Position numbers and translations under genes: made by a program
Notes under the pieces: model-generated
What the model saw: only the letters and a program-made list of their open reading frames with translations
What the model was told of the DNA's origin: nothing
The model's database searches: none
In this document: positions 1-9,785 of the stretch, piece by piece
Position numbering within the stretch: position 1 is the first letter of the stretch
Layout: every line of letters starts with the position of its first letter
Assembly: GCA_965659595.1 (NCBI GenBank)
Contig: CBFHWN010000001.1
Span: forward strand, 9,139 to 73,138
Length of the DNA: 64,000 nt
Reading direction: 5' to 3'
Source: an uncultured Ilumatobacteraceae bacterium
Lineage (GTDB): Bacteria > Actinomycetota > Acidimicrobiia > Acidimicrobiales > Ilumatobacteraceae

Positions 1-865
1 GTTCGAGCGACTCGGCCCACTCGGGATCGGTGGGACGGTTGTTGCGAACGTCGATCGACGACGGCGTGCGCTGGAACACGAAGAGTTGCTTGGCGTGTTC
101 GCCGAGGTGCGGAACGCACTGCACAGCCGTGGCTCCGGTGCCAATGATGCCCACCCGCTTGTCGGCGAGTTTCGTGAGGCCGCCGTTCGACGACCCACCC
201 GTGTACTCGTAGTCCCAACGGCTCGTGTGGAACGAGTGACCGGCAAACGACTCGACACCGGCGATGCCGGGCAACTTCGGACGATGCAGAGGCCCGTTGG
301 CCATGATCACGAAACGAGCCCGCATCTGATCACCGCAATTGGTGGCGATGATCCATCGCGTATCGTCCTCGTCCCAACGGATCTCGGTCACCTCGGTCTG
401 GAAGCATGCATTGCGATACAGATCGAAGTGTCGACCGATCGCCTGACTGTGAGCGAGGATCTCGGGCGCCTTCGAATACTTCTCGGTCGGTATGTAGCCG
501 ATCTCTTCGAGGAGTGGCAGGTAAATGTACGACTCGACGTCGCACGCGGCTCCGGGATACCGATTCCAGTACCAGGTGCCGCCGAAATCACCGCCTTTCT
601 CGATCACGCGGATGTCTTCGACTCCGGCCTCACGCAGACGAGCACCGGCCAACAGGCCGCCGAAACCTCCGCCGACGATCACCACGTCGATCTCGTCGAA
701 CAATGGACCACGCTCCGCACGGGCCACGTAAGGATCCTCGAGATAGTGCGCGAACTGTCCGGTGATCTCGACGTACTGCTCGTTACCGTCGGTGCGCAGG
801 CGCTTGTCGCGCTCCAATCGGTACTTGTCGCGCAAGCCGTCGGGATCGAAGTCGATCGTCGTCAT
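1..865 (-). CDS. Baeyer-Villiger (flavin-dependent) monooxygenase; N-terminal part only, the C-terminus runs off the window start
   Basis: Not in the ORF track because there is no stop in the window. My translation from the ATG at 865-863 gives [10 protein letters not shown]..., then [12 protein letters not shown] (FAD GxGxxG), [15 protein letters not shown] (BVMO long fingerprint), [12 protein letters not shown] (FxGxxxHxxxWD) and [11 protein letters not shown] (NADPH GxGxxG). Confidence 0.85.
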   Translation of the reverse strand, partial: MTTIDFDPDGLRDKYRLERDKRLRTDGNEQYVEITGQFAHYLEDPYVARAERGPLFDEIDVVIVGGGFGGLLAGARLREAGVEDIRVIEKGGDFGGTWYWNRYPGAACDVESYIYLPLLEEIGYIPTEKYSKAPEILAHSQAIGRHFDLYRNACFQTEVTEIRWDEDDTRWIIATNCGDQMRARFVIMANGPLHRPKLPGIAGVESFAGHSFHTSRWDYEYTGGSSNGGLTKLADKRVGIIGTGATAVQCVPHLGEHAKQLFVFQRTPSSIDVRNNRPTDPEWAESLE

Positions 866-911
866 GTCGTACCCCCAGTCACGACCCGGCTCGGGTTCGA
901 GCCGAACACCT

Positions 912-2024
912 CTACATCGAAGTCAATAATGTCAGCGAATCGAGTTCGAGGCATTGCTGGCCGTATTGGGTGGCCATCCGGACGAACAGATCGTCGCCTC
1001 GCTCCGTTCTGGCCGCCATCGAGGTGGCCAACACCGTGATGGCCAGACCCCAGAACGATCCGAATCGGTAGTCGCGCCAGCAGGTCTCGGCGTCGTAGGT
1101 GATCCCGGTCGCCGTCAACTGACGTCGATACTCCTCCACCAAGTCACCTTCGATCCCGGCTCGACGGTCGGGGTCGCAACTACTGGCGATCACGTAGGCC
1201 ACGTCGACCATGCCCAGACCCTCGTTCGCCGTCTGCCAGTCGACCACCACGATCGGAGGCGCGCCTGCTTCGCGCGCGAGCAGGAAATTGTCGGGTCGGA
1301 AGTCGTAATGGGCAAGAGTGAGTGGCGTTCCGGTGCCTTGGGCCCAACGCTTCACGTTCTGTCCGAAGCTCTCGCAGATCCCGACGATCGACGCATCGAG
1401 ACGGGAACCGAGGCGATCGAGGAAAGCCGGTAACAACATGGAATAGATCATCTGCAGAGCGTCGGACCGCTCGTCGATCGTGGTCTGCGCCGACGCCGAC
1501 TGGGCGAGCGTCGTGTCCCCCCATCGAGGAGCGTGCAACTTCACGGCCTGTTCGATCGCCAATGCGGTCTCGTCGGCATTCAGACCGACGAAGTGATCGC
1601 CCTGTTCGGAACCCGACAGGTCTTCCATGATCAAACAGAAACCTTGTTCTTCCATACTCAGCGCCGCGTGGTAGCAGTGCGGTGCACGTACGTCGACCGT
1701 GTGAGCGAGGTTGCGATAGAAGTTCCACTCGGTCACGTACACGCTGCCGCCGAAGCCGGTCGCCCGTGCCGTTTCGTCAAGTGACGGGAACTTGCCCATG
1801 ATCGTGGCCGGACGGCCTTCCGGCCGATCCCATTCGAGGGCGAATCGTGCGTTGCACCCGGTCTGGCCGGTGCCGACGTAACCGGCGAATTCACATGTCT
1901 GCAACATCGCGCCCTGCGACAACCCGGAGGCTTCGAGAACTGCTCGCATCCATTCGGTCTCGATGGCTTCGGGGTCGCTGCGGATCCCGAGGTGATCGGG
2001 GAACTGTGGCGTGGTGTCGGTCAC
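912..2024 (-). CDS. Phosphotransferase-family protein (APH / choline-kinase-like kinase fold)
   Basis: 370-aa ORF with a GTG start. It has the kinase catalytic-loop-like HYDFRPDN and a downstream VVVDWQ (DxD-type region). The overall layout is typical of actinobacterial APH-family proteins. Confidence 0.75.
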   Translation of the reverse strand: MTDTTPQFPDHLGIRSDPEAIETEWMRAVLEASGLSQGAMLQTCEFAGYVGTGQTGCNARFALEWDRPEGRPATIMGKFPSLDETARATGFGGSVYVTEWNFYRNLAHTVDVRAPHCYHAALSMEEQGFCLIMEDLSGSEQGDHFVGLNADETALAIEQAVKLHAPRWGDTTLAQSASAQTTIDERSDALQMIYSMLLPAFLDRLGSRLDASIVGICESFGQNVKRWAQGTGTPLTLAHYDFRPDNFLLAREAGAPPIVVVDWQTANEGLGMVDVAYVIASSCDPDRRAGIEGDLVEEYRRQLTATGITYDAETCWRDYRFGSFWGLAITVLATSMAARTERGDDLFVRMATQYGQQCLELDSLTLLTSM

Positions 2025-2139
2025 GTGTCGGACGATAGTCCCCGGTCAGGATCGTCAAGTCATTCTCAATACGGGACATTCGAAACATTTCGCAAACTCG
2101 TACGGTTGTACCGTCGGAACACGAAAGCGGAGGTCACGA

Positions 2140-4623
2140 GTGAGAATCATCGGCGAAACGACGACGAGCGCAAGGAAGGCGTTCCGCTCGTTGGTCGCCG
2201 TCGCCGCGCTGGTCACCGCCGTCGGATCGACCCTCACCGCATCTCCGGCTGCCGCGTCTCTCCCGAGCCTCTCGAATGTCTCGAGCGACGTGACGAACGA
2301 CGATTCAGTCGATCGACTGATCGTGCGCCGACACACCGGACAGACGAGCGAAGCGGCACGAGTGTTTCTCGCCGACGTACACGCCATCAAGATCGATTCT
2401 CCGGTGGTGATCGGCGACCGCTTCGAGATCTTCGATCTCGACGGCCCGATCCCCTTCGGTGACGCAATCGCCCTAGCCGACGAACTCGTCGCACGACGTC
2501 TCGTCGAGAGCGCCGAGCCCGACGTGTTGCGCACGTCCACTGCCGTTCCGAACGATCCGCGCTACTCCGAGCAGTGGTATCTCCAGACTCCCGCTTCGAG
2601 CACCCAAGGCATCGACTTGCCGAGCGCGTGGGACTTCTCGCGCGGTACGTCGAACGTCGTCGTCGCCGTGATCGACACCGGCCGCCTCGATCATCCCGAG
2701 TTGTCCGGACGTCTGGTCGACGGTTACGACTTCGTGTCGCAGACCAAGAACAGCAAGGACGGCGACGGCTGGGATTCCGACGAGACCGACGTCGGCGACT
2801 GGTCGGAGTCCGACGATCCTCTGTACACCTGCACGGTCGGAGATCCGTTCAAGCCGAGTTCGTGGCACGGCACCCACGTGTCGGGCATCGTCGCCGCCAA
2901 CGGCAACAACTCGATCGGCATCACCGGCGTGGCTCCCAACGCCCGAATTCAACACGTTCGAGTGCTCGGCACCTGTGGTGGACGAACGTCCGACGAAGCA
3001 GTGGCCATCCGCTGGGCGGCTGGCCTCCCGGTCGACGGAGTCCCGCTCAATCCGACCCCGGCCAAGGTCATCAACTTGAGTCTCGGCTCGCAGACCGCCT
3101 GCGCCGCGGTCGAACAAGCCGCCATCAACGCTGCCGTTGCGGCCGGCGTCACGGTCGTGGTTGCGGCCGGCAACGCCGGACTCGACCTCGACACCAACAA
3201 CTTCGCGCCGTCGAAGTGCGACAACGTGATCAACGTGGCCGCTCTGCGCTACGACGGAAGTCGAGCGTCATACACCAACTACGGATCGAGTGTCGACGTC
3301 GCCGCACCTGGCGGCCCGGGCGGCATTCTCTCGTTGTCGAACGGCGGCACCCGCACCGCCGATTCGTCGTGGACCTACGGCTACAAGCAAGGCACGAGCA
3401 TGTCGACACCGATCGTGTCGGGTATCGCTGCACTGGTCTTGTCGGTGAACCCGAACCTGACGCCGGCCCAAGTGGAGGCGATCATCGAGTCGTCGGCTCG
3501 CCCCTTCCCCATCGGTGTCAGCACCCCGTGTTCGAGCAATCCGTCCGACACGTTCCACTGCGGATCGGGAATCGTCGATGCCGGCGCGGCCTTGCGACTG
3601 GCTGCGCAGCAGCTCCCGCAGAATTCCCCGCCGTCGACTCGCCTCGGTTCGACCGGTGATCGCTTCTCGACCAACCTCGCCGTCGAGGCACTCGCTGATC
3701 GCACCGACGTGATCCTCGTGAGCGGCTCGGTGTACCCCGACGGTCTGGCCGCCTCGGCTCTCGCCAAACAGGAGAACGCCGACATCGTGCTGGTTCCCCC
3801 GACCGGGCTCGGCTCCGCGCAGATCGCCACCATCGTGAACGAGAATCCGCAGACGGTGTGGATCCTCGGCGGCCCTCAAGCCGTTCCCACGTCGGTCGAG
3901 GCACAACTAACTACCGCCACGTCCCTCGGCGGCGCCGGAATCGATGCCTCCCGTATCGAACGGGTCTTCGGTGCCACGCGTTACGACACCGCCGTAGAAG
4001 TGTCCAAGCGCATCGACACGATTGCCTTCCTGGCCGCCCAACGGACCGCCATCGTCGTGCGCGGCGACAGTTTTGCCGATGCCGTCATCGCCGGACCGGC
4101 GGCCTTCGGAATCAGTGGTGGCATCGGATCCCATCCGGTGTTCCTCGTGAACCGCGACACGATTCCGGCGGGAGTGGTCGAGCAACTCCGTGACCGTCAG
4201 ATCACGAACGTTCTCGTTGTGGGTGGCACCTCGGTGGTGTCGGAGGCCGTGCGCCTCGGCATCCAGTCGCTCGGGATCAACACCACACGCGTGGCCGGAC
4301 CTGATCGTTATGCGACGGCCGCCGAACTCGGACAACTTCTCATCACACCGGTTCAGCTCGGTGGCTTCGGCTGGAACGCCGGTGACGTGGCCCTCGTCGA
4401 CATCTCCGATCCGTCGCTCGGTTTCGACGCCATCTCGGCCGTCGGCACGCTGGGCCCGACCCGTCGCATCCTCCTCGGTGTCACCCCACTGCGACTGCCG
4501 GCGTCCACCGCCTCCTATCTGGCCACGCTCACCGATCTCACGACTCGGTTCACGGTTATCGGAAGTGCTGCGGCGATCCCCGACTCGGTGATCACCGAAG
4601 CGGCGCGCGCCCTCGCCTCCTGA
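2140..4623 (+). CDS. Secreted S8 (subtilisin-family) serine peptidase with three C-terminal CWB2-type cell-wall-binding repeats
   Basis: Catalytic triad contexts are VIDTGRLDHPEL (Asp), HGTHVSGIVAA (His) and GTSMSTPIVSG (Ser). A signal peptide follows the GTG at 2140 (VRIIGETTTSARKAFRSLVAVAALVTAVG...AAA), and a GGAGG sits 6 nt upstream. The C-terminal ~300 aa contains three repeats with RF/RY-x-T-A signatures (DRFSTNLAVE, TRYDTAVEVS, DRYATAAELG). Confidence 0.9.
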   Translation: MRIIGETTTSARKAFRSLVAVAALVTAVGSTLTASPAAASLPSLSNVSSDVTNDDSVDRLIVRRHTGQTSEAARVFLADVHAIKIDSPVVIGDRFEIFDLDGPIPFGDAIALADELVARRLVESAEPDVLRTSTAVPNDPRYSEQWYLQTPASSTQGIDLPSAWDFSRGTSNVVVAVIDTGRLDHPELSGRLVDGYDFVSQTKNSKDGDGWDSDETDVGDWSESDDPLYTCTVGDPFKPSSWHGTHVSGIVAANGNNSIGITGVAPNARIQHVRVLGTCGGRTSDEAVAIRWAAGLPVDGVPLNPTPAKVINLSLGSQTACAAVEQAAINAAVAAGVTVVVAAGNAGLDLDTNNFAPSKCDNVINVAALRYDGSRASYTNYGSSVDVAAPGGPGGILSLSNGGTRTADSSWTYGYKQGTSMSTPIVSGIAALVLSVNPNLTPAQVEAIIESSARPFPIGVSTPCSSNPSDTFHCGSGIVDAGAALRLAAQQLPQNSPPSTRLGSTGDRFSTNLAVEALADRTDVILVSGSVYPDGLAASALAKQENADIVLVPPTGLGSAQIATIVNENPQTVWILGGPQAVPTSVEAQLTTATSLGGAGIDASRIERVFGATRYDTAVEVSKRIDTIAFLAAQRTAIVVRGDSFADAVIAGPAAFGISGGIGSHPVFLVNRDTIPAGVVEQLRDRQITNVLVVGGTSVVSEAVRLGIQSLGINTTRVAGPDRYATAAELGQLLITPVQLGGFGWNAGDVALVDISDPSLGFDAISAVGTLGPTRRILLGVTPLRLPASTASYLATLTDLTTRFTVIGSAAAIPDSVITEAARALAS

Positions 4624-4638
4624 TCATCGACACCCGTG

Positions 4639-4968
4639 TCAGGGCGCCGGACGGTGCAGCAGAACCGAGGCCACGTCGATGCGCAGAACGCCATCCGAAA
4701 CGTCGCCAGTTCCGTCGGCCACGATCGAGAAGTCGCCATATTCGTCCGACGGACTCGGCATCGGTGGCCACAAGAGAGTGACTCGACCGTCGACGGCCAC
4801 CCGATCCTTCAAAGACTGACTGGCCGTCGGAACGCTCACGATTGGGCCGTCGACCTCGTAACGATGAGCCACTGCGTGCACGCCCTCGTCGCGCACGGTC
4901 AGCACATAGACGAAATCACGCCCGCCGAGACGTTCGTCGATCTGCACGGGATCGACACGAACGCTCAC
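4639..4968 (-). CDS. Hypothetical small protein (109 aa), GTGA-coupled to the upstream nitroreductase gene
   Basis: Open frame with plausible GC3-rich codon usage. The GTG at 4968-4966 overlaps the nitroreductase TGA (4967-4965). The opposite-strand ORF (4636-4971) is Arg/His-rich and less protein-like. No recognisable motif. Confidence 0.45.
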   Translation of the reverse strand: MSVRVDPVQIDERLGGRDFVYVLTVRDEGVHAVAHRYEVDGPIVSVPTASQSLKDRVAVDGRVTLLWPPMPSPSDEYGDFSIVADGTGDVSDGVLRIDVASVLLHRPAP

Positions 4969-5642
4969 TGATGAACGCCCCACGAATCGAGATGGACCAG
5001 TTGGTCGGAGTCGAGTCGGTGAGCCGGTTTGAAGTCGTCACCGGTGTAATACGCCACCGGGAGGAGCGCCGTCTGCGTCCAGTCGTCGGGGATGCCGAGC
5101 AATGACGCGACCTCTTTTTCGTGGAAGAGGTGAATCGTCGTCCACGCCGTGCCGAGACCGCGGGCCCGTAACGCCAGCATGAAACTCCAGGCCGCTGGGA
5201 GAATCGAACCGTAGGTGCTCGCCTGAGCCACCACCATCGGAACCGACTCGACTCGGCCCTGCACACACGGGATCACGTGCACCGGAACGCGATCGAGGAC
5301 TTCGCCGAGATACGTGGCCGACTCCATCACTTTGGGCATCACGTGCTCGCGCGGGTCGCCAGGTGGCAACGGCGGTGGATAACCCGATCCCGACATGACT
5401 TCGGAACCGCGCCGATACGCGTCGGCGATGGCGGCCCGCTTGTCGGGATCGGTTACCACGACGAACGACCAGTTCTGAGCATTCGTGCCCGTCGGCGCCT
5501 GGAAGGCAATGTCGATGCACTCGCGTACAACCTCGATCTCGACCGGACGCTCGAGGTCGAGTCGCTTGCGGACCGACCGAGTGGTGGTCAGCAATTTGTC
5601 GGCCGAAGCACGATCGATACCAGGAACCTGTCGTCCGCTCAT
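4965..5642 (-). CDS. Nitroreductase-family protein
   Basis: 225 aa. It has the N-terminal RSVRKRL motif and APTGTNAQNWSFVVV, both typical of the NADH-oxidase/nitroreductase fold. Confidence 0.85.
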   Translation of the reverse strand: MSGRQVPGIDRASADKLLTTTRSVRKRLDLERPVEIEVVRECIDIAFQAPTGTNAQNWSFVVVTDPDKRAAIADAYRRGSEVMSGSGYPPPLPPGDPREHVMPKVMESATYLGEVLDRVPVHVIPCVQGRVESVPMVVAQASTYGSILPAAWSFMLALRARGLGTAWTTIHLFHEKEVASLLGIPDDWTQTALLPVAYYTGDDFKPAHRLDSDQLVHLDSWGVHQ

Positions 5643-5676
5643 GGGTCCGAGTCTTCCATGCGGGACAAATCCCGAC

Positions 5677-5705
5677 TTGTCTGATCGGTTTTTGCGGGTT
5701 ATAGT
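5677..5705 (+). promoter_or_regulatory. Putative SigA-type promoter for the peroxiredoxin gene (TTGTCT - 17 nt - TATAGT)
   Basis: TTGTCT at 5677-5682 and TATAGT at 5700-5705 have an exact 17-nt spacing, about 50 nt upstream of the ATG at 5757. Confidence 0.35.
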
Positions 5706-5715
5706 CCAGCAGGCG

Positions 5716-5731
5716 ATGCCGATCTCGGCAT
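5716..5731. promoter_or_regulatory. Inverted repeat ATGCCGA-TC-TCGGCAT just downstream of the putative -10; candidate operator
   Basis: Perfect 7-bp arms with a 2-nt spacer, read directly from the sequence. It lies between the predicted -10 and the peroxiredoxin start. Confidence 0.3.
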
Positions 5732-5756
5732 GACACCTGCAGAAAGGATCTCCGAC

Positions 5757-6389
5757 ATGGCACTTCGTCTCGGCGACACCGCCCCCGACTTCTCAGCCGA
5801 CACCACCCAGGGACGCATCTCGTTCCACGACTGGCTCGGCGACTCCTGGGGCGTTCTTTTCAGCCACCCCAAGGACTTCACCCCGGTCTGCACGACCGAA
5901 CTCGGCTACGTGGCTCGCATCAAACCCGAATTCGACAAGCGCAACGTCAAGGTGATCGGACTTTCGGTCGATCCAGTCGACAGTCACGTGGCCTGGGAAG
6001 GCGACATCGCCGAGACCCAAGGAACACCGGTGAACTTCCCGATGATCGGCGACCCGGATCGGACGGTGAGCGATCTGTACGACATGATCCACCCGAACGC
6101 CAACGACACCCTCACCGTGCGCAGCGTGTTCGTGATCGGCCCCGACAAGAAGATCAAGTTGACGATCACCTATCCGGCTTCCACGGGTCGAAATTTCGAC
6201 GAAGTCCTCCGAGTGATCGACTCGCTCCAACTCACCGCCAAACACAAAGTCGCCACCCCGGCCAACTGGACGAACGGTGAGAACGTCATCATCGGTGCAG
6301 CTGTCACCGACGACGAAGCACGACAGTTGTTCCCCCAGGGCTGGACCACCGTGAAGCCCTACTTGCGAGTTCTTCCGCAACCTAAGTGA
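5757..6389 (+). CDS. 1-Cys peroxiredoxin (Prx6-like)
   Basis: MALRLGDTAPDF... with the peroxidatic Cys context DFTPVCTTELG and no obvious resolving Cys. I placed the start at the internal ATG 5757, which matches the canonical family N-terminus. Confidence 0.9.
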   Translation: MALRLGDTAPDFSADTTQGRISFHDWLGDSWGVLFSHPKDFTPVCTTELGYVARIKPEFDKRNVKVIGLSVDPVDSHVAWEGDIAETQGTPVNFPMIGDPDRTVSDLYDMIHPNANDTLTVRSVFVIGPDKKIKLTITYPASTGRNFDEVLRVIDSLQLTAKHKVATPANWTNGENVIIGAAVTDDEARQLFPQGWTTVKPYLRVLPQPK

Positions 6390-6446
6390 CGAATTCGGCG
6401 TCGATCCCGTCGTAGTAACGCTCGAGGTAACGGGCAGACTGAGAAC

Positions 6447-7190
6447 ATGTCTCAGGTCGCCTCCCCCACCGTGGCCGCTGCTGCGGTCGACGCCTACAAG
6501 ATCTACGGCTCGAAGGACAGTGAAGTCCGAGCCCTGGACGGCATCACGATCACGTTCGACACCGGTCGGTTCACCGCGATCATGGGTCCCTCGGGTTCAG
6601 GCAAGAGCACGCTCATGCACTGTCTCGCCGGCCTCGACGACCTCACCTCGGGATCGGTTCGCATCGGCGACGACGACTTGGCCTCACTGAGCGACCGCCA
6701 ACTCACCGCACTCCGACGTGAGAAGGTGGGCTTCATCTTTCAGGCCTACAACCTGATTCCGACCCTCACTGCGCTCGAGAACATCACCTTGCCCCTCGAC
6801 CTCGGCAAGTCCGATCGCGATCAAGCCTGGATCGACACCGTCATCGACGCCGTGAACCTGCGCGATCGTCTCGACCATCGTCCAAGCGAGCTGTCGGGCG
6901 GTCAGCAGCAGCGAGTCGCCGTGGCTCGCGCACTGGCCAGCAAGCCCCACATCATCTTCGCCGACGAACCCACCGGCAACCTCGACAGTCGCACGGGTGC
7001 CGAGATCCTCACCTTCATGAAGAAGGCGGTGGCCGAACTCGGGCAGACGATCGTCATGGTGACCCACGATCCGGTGGCGGCCGCCTACGCCGATCGAGTC
7101 GTGTTCCTCGCCGACGGCAAAGTGGTCGACGAGATGATCGAACCCACGGCCGAACGAGTTCTCGATCGTATGAAGCAGTTCGGATCCTGA
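6447..7190 (+). CDS. ABC transporter ATP-binding protein (MacB/LolD/FtsE-like)
   Basis: Walker A GPSGSGKST, signature LSGGQQQRVAVARAL, Walker B IIFADEPTGNLD. Confidence 0.9.
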   Translation: MSQVASPTVAAAAVDAYKIYGSKDSEVRALDGITITFDTGRFTAIMGPSGSGKSTLMHCLAGLDDLTSGSVRIGDDDLASLSDRQLTALRREKVGFIFQAYNLIPTLTALENITLPLDLGKSDRDQAWIDTVIDAVNLRDRLDHRPSELSGGQQQRVAVARALASKPHIIFADEPTGNLDSRTGAEILTFMKKAVAELGQTIVMVTHDPVAAAYADRVVFLADGKVVDEMIEPTAERVLDRMKQFGS

Positions 7191-7198
7191 CGGTCCCC

Positions 7199-9772
7199 AT
7201 GGCCCGACCCGTCGTACGTCTCACACTTCGCGGCGTTCTCGCCCGGAAGTTCCGCATCCTCCTCACGACCCTTGCCGTGGTGAGCGGTGTGGCCTTCGTG
7301 TCGGGAGCGTTCATCCTCACCGACAGCGTGAAGAAGTCGATCAACGACCTCTTCGACGTGTTGAGCGAAGGCATCGATCTCGAGGTACGCAGTGTGGTGG
7401 CCTTCGGTGACCCGGCGCGTGCCGATCGCGACCCGATTCCGAACGAGCTCGTCGACACGATCGTGGTCGTCGACGGAGTGCGACAGGCCGAAGGCAACCT
7501 CTTGCGAACCGCCACAGTCATCAAGTCCGATGGCGAACCTCTTGCCACATCCGGTCCGTCGTTCGGTATCGCCTGGGTCGGACCCGACGGTCTCGACGGA
7601 CGAACCCTCATCGAAGGCCGCGCCGCCGTCACCGACGGCGAAGTCACCCTCGACAAATCGTCCGCTCGTCGAGCCGGCCACGAGATCGGCGACCTCATCA
7701 CCATTGTCGGTCCACGCGGCAAAGGCGACTTCACTCTCGTCGGCCTGACGGGTACCGGCGACACCGACGGTGGCGGTGGGGCATCGATTGCCGCCTTCGA
7801 CCCCGTGACCGCCGACTCTTTCCTCGGCGCTAACGGACTCGTCGACTCGATCTACATCGCTCTCAGTGATGGCGTGTCGGTGTCGCTCGTTCAGGACGAA
7901 CTCAACGCCATCCTGCCGAGCAACGTCGAAGTGATCACGGGCGAGCAGTCGGCGCGCGAAACCGCCGGCGCGATCAACGACATCATCGGCATTTTCGGCA
8001 ACGTTCTTCTGGGATTCGCCGCCGTGTCGTTGTTCGTGAGTGCATTCCTCATCTTCAACACCTTCGCCATCATCGTGAGTCAACGACTGCGCGAACTGGC
8101 GCTCTTGCGAGCAGTGGGCGCGAACGTCCGCCAGATCCGTTCGATGATCATCGGCGAATCGCTCATCGTGTCGGTCCTGGCCACCGTTCTCGGCATCTTC
8201 GGCGGCATGGGTGTGGCCGTCGGAATCGTGGCCCTCTTCAACGCAACCGGCGCCGCCTTCCCGTCCGCGTCTCTGATCGTCTCACTTCGCACCATTATCG
8301 TGTCGGTGCTCGTCGGCGTGGGCGTCACCGTGGCCGCCGCCGTCATCCCTGCGTTACGCGCCGGACGGATCCCGCCCGTCGCCGCCATGCGTCCCGAACT
8401 CGGTTTCTCCGCTCTGCAGAAGAATCGACGTCTCGTCGTCGGCACCGTGGTGTTCCTCCTCGGCCTGTCGGCTTTCACGTGGGGAGTGCTCGGACAGCCG
8501 GGGGGCGCGGCCGGAACTCTGTCCACGTCGGGCCTCGGCGCCGTTTTTCTCTTCCTCGGGGTGGCAAGTTTGTCGACAACCGTCGCTGCACCAGCCAGTC
8601 GCCTGATCAGTCGCCTGCTACCTCTCCCCATCTGGCCGATGACGCGATCGATCGCCGGACGACTCGGCAGTCGCAACGCCCAACGCACTCCTCGACGCAC
8701 GGCATCCACAGCCTCGGCTCTCATGATCGGCCTCGCCCTCGTGAGCACCGTCGCGGTCGTTGCGTCATCGATTCGCGAAACCTTCCGCGAACAGATCAGT
8801 CGCTCGGTGAGCGCCGACTTCTTCGTCACCAACGGGCCCTCCAATTTCCAGGGACTTCCGGTCGCCTTCGCCGAACGTTTGGCCGAGCTACCCGAGCTGT
8901 CCGCGGTCAGTCCATTCCGAGGTGCCGATGCCCTCGTGAACGGCGACCCGAAGGAGATCGGAGCGGTGCGCGGAAGTGCATTCGGTGGTCTGGTCGAACT
9001 CGACGTGCTGTCGGGATCGGTCGACTCCCTGGACGAGGGCAAGATCCTCCTCCATCGCGATCCGGCCAGTGACTACGGCGTCGACGTCGGAGACGAACTC
9101 ACCATCACGTGGCAGAACGGCACCGAATCGATCGTCGAAGTCGGCGGCGTGTACGGCGACTCCACCCTCGCCGGCAACTGGCTCGTCGGCATCGATCTGC
9201 TCGCCTCGGTCTCGACCGCCGAACCGGTCGACTTCTTCATCGGCGCCAAGATCGCCGACGGTGTCGAGATCCCCGTGGCGCGGGCAGCTGTCGAAACGGT
9301 GGCCGAAGACTTCCCGAGTGCCGAAGTTCAGGATCGGGCCGAGTTCCAGCAGAGCCAAGAGGACCAGATCGACCAGTTGCTCACGATCATCTACGGACTG
9401 CTCGCCATCTCGATCGCCATCGCCGTTCTGGGTATCGCCAACACCATGGCCCTCAGTGTTTTCGAACGCACCCGCGAGTTCGGACTCCTGCGCGCCGTCG
9501 GCATGAGCAAGCGAACGCTGAAGCGATCGATCCGGTGGGAGGCGATCATCGTCGCCGTCTTCGGAGCGTCGCTCGGCGTGGTCATCGGCGTTCCGCTCGG
9601 CCTTGCCGTCGCCTCGGTCCTCCCCGACACCATCGTGTCGACAGTGGTAGTTCCCTTCGGCACCATCGTCAACATCTTGATCGCCGCCATCGTGGTGGGA
9701 ATCGTGGCGGCCGTCGGTCCGGCTCGTCGGGCCGCCAAACTCGACGTCCTCGAGTCGATCTCAGCTCAGTAA
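7199..9772 (+). CDS. ABC transporter permease with duplicated FtsX/MacB-type domains
   Basis: 857 aa. It has two blocks of about 4 TM helices, each preceded by a large extracytoplasmic domain. It lies immediately downstream of the ATPase gene. Confidence 0.88.
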   Translation: MARPVVRLTLRGVLARKFRILLTTLAVVSGVAFVSGAFILTDSVKKSINDLFDVLSEGIDLEVRSVVAFGDPARADRDPIPNELVDTIVVVDGVRQAEGNLLRTATVIKSDGEPLATSGPSFGIAWVGPDGLDGRTLIEGRAAVTDGEVTLDKSSARRAGHEIGDLITIVGPRGKGDFTLVGLTGTGDTDGGGGASIAAFDPVTADSFLGANGLVDSIYIALSDGVSVSLVQDELNAILPSNVEVITGEQSARETAGAINDIIGIFGNVLLGFAAVSLFVSAFLIFNTFAIIVSQRLRELALLRAVGANVRQIRSMIIGESLIVSVLATVLGIFGGMGVAVGIVALFNATGAAFPSASLIVSLRTIIVSVLVGVGVTVAAAVIPALRAGRIPPVAAMRPELGFSALQKNRRLVVGTVVFLLGLSAFTWGVLGQPGGAAGTLSTSGLGAVFLFLGVASLSTTVAAPASRLISRLLPLPIWPMTRSIAGRLGSRNAQRTPRRTASTASALMIGLALVSTVAVVASSIRETFREQISRSVSADFFVTNGPSNFQGLPVAFAERLAELPELSAVSPFRGADALVNGDPKEIGAVRGSAFGGLVELDVLSGSVDSLDEGKILLHRDPASDYGVDVGDELTITWQNGTESIVEVGGVYGDSTLAGNWLVGIDLLASVSTAEPVDFFIGAKIADGVEIPVARAAVETVAEDFPSAEVQDRAEFQQSQEDQIDQLLTIIYGLLAISIAIAVLGIANTMALSVFERTREFGLLRAVGMSKRTLKRSIRWEAIIVAVFGASLGVVIGVPLGLAVASVLPDTIVSTVVVPFGTIVNILIAAIVVGIVAAVGPARRAAKLDVLESISAQ

Positions 9773-9785
9773 AGCCGCCGCGAAC

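Noticed and set aside
888-903. GGCTCG-GGTT-CGAGCC, which contains a tRNA T-arm-like GGTTCGAGCC
   Set aside because: There is no acceptor, D or anticodon arm context in the 46-nt gap. It is only a small hairpin between two minus-strand genes.
2025-2139. A possible riboswitch (for example ydaO / c-di-AMP type) upstream of the cell-wall-associated peptidase
   Set aside because: The region is only 115 nt and is shared with a divergent promoter. It shows no conserved riboswitch core that I can recognise, only a 5-bp ACGGT/ACCGT stem.
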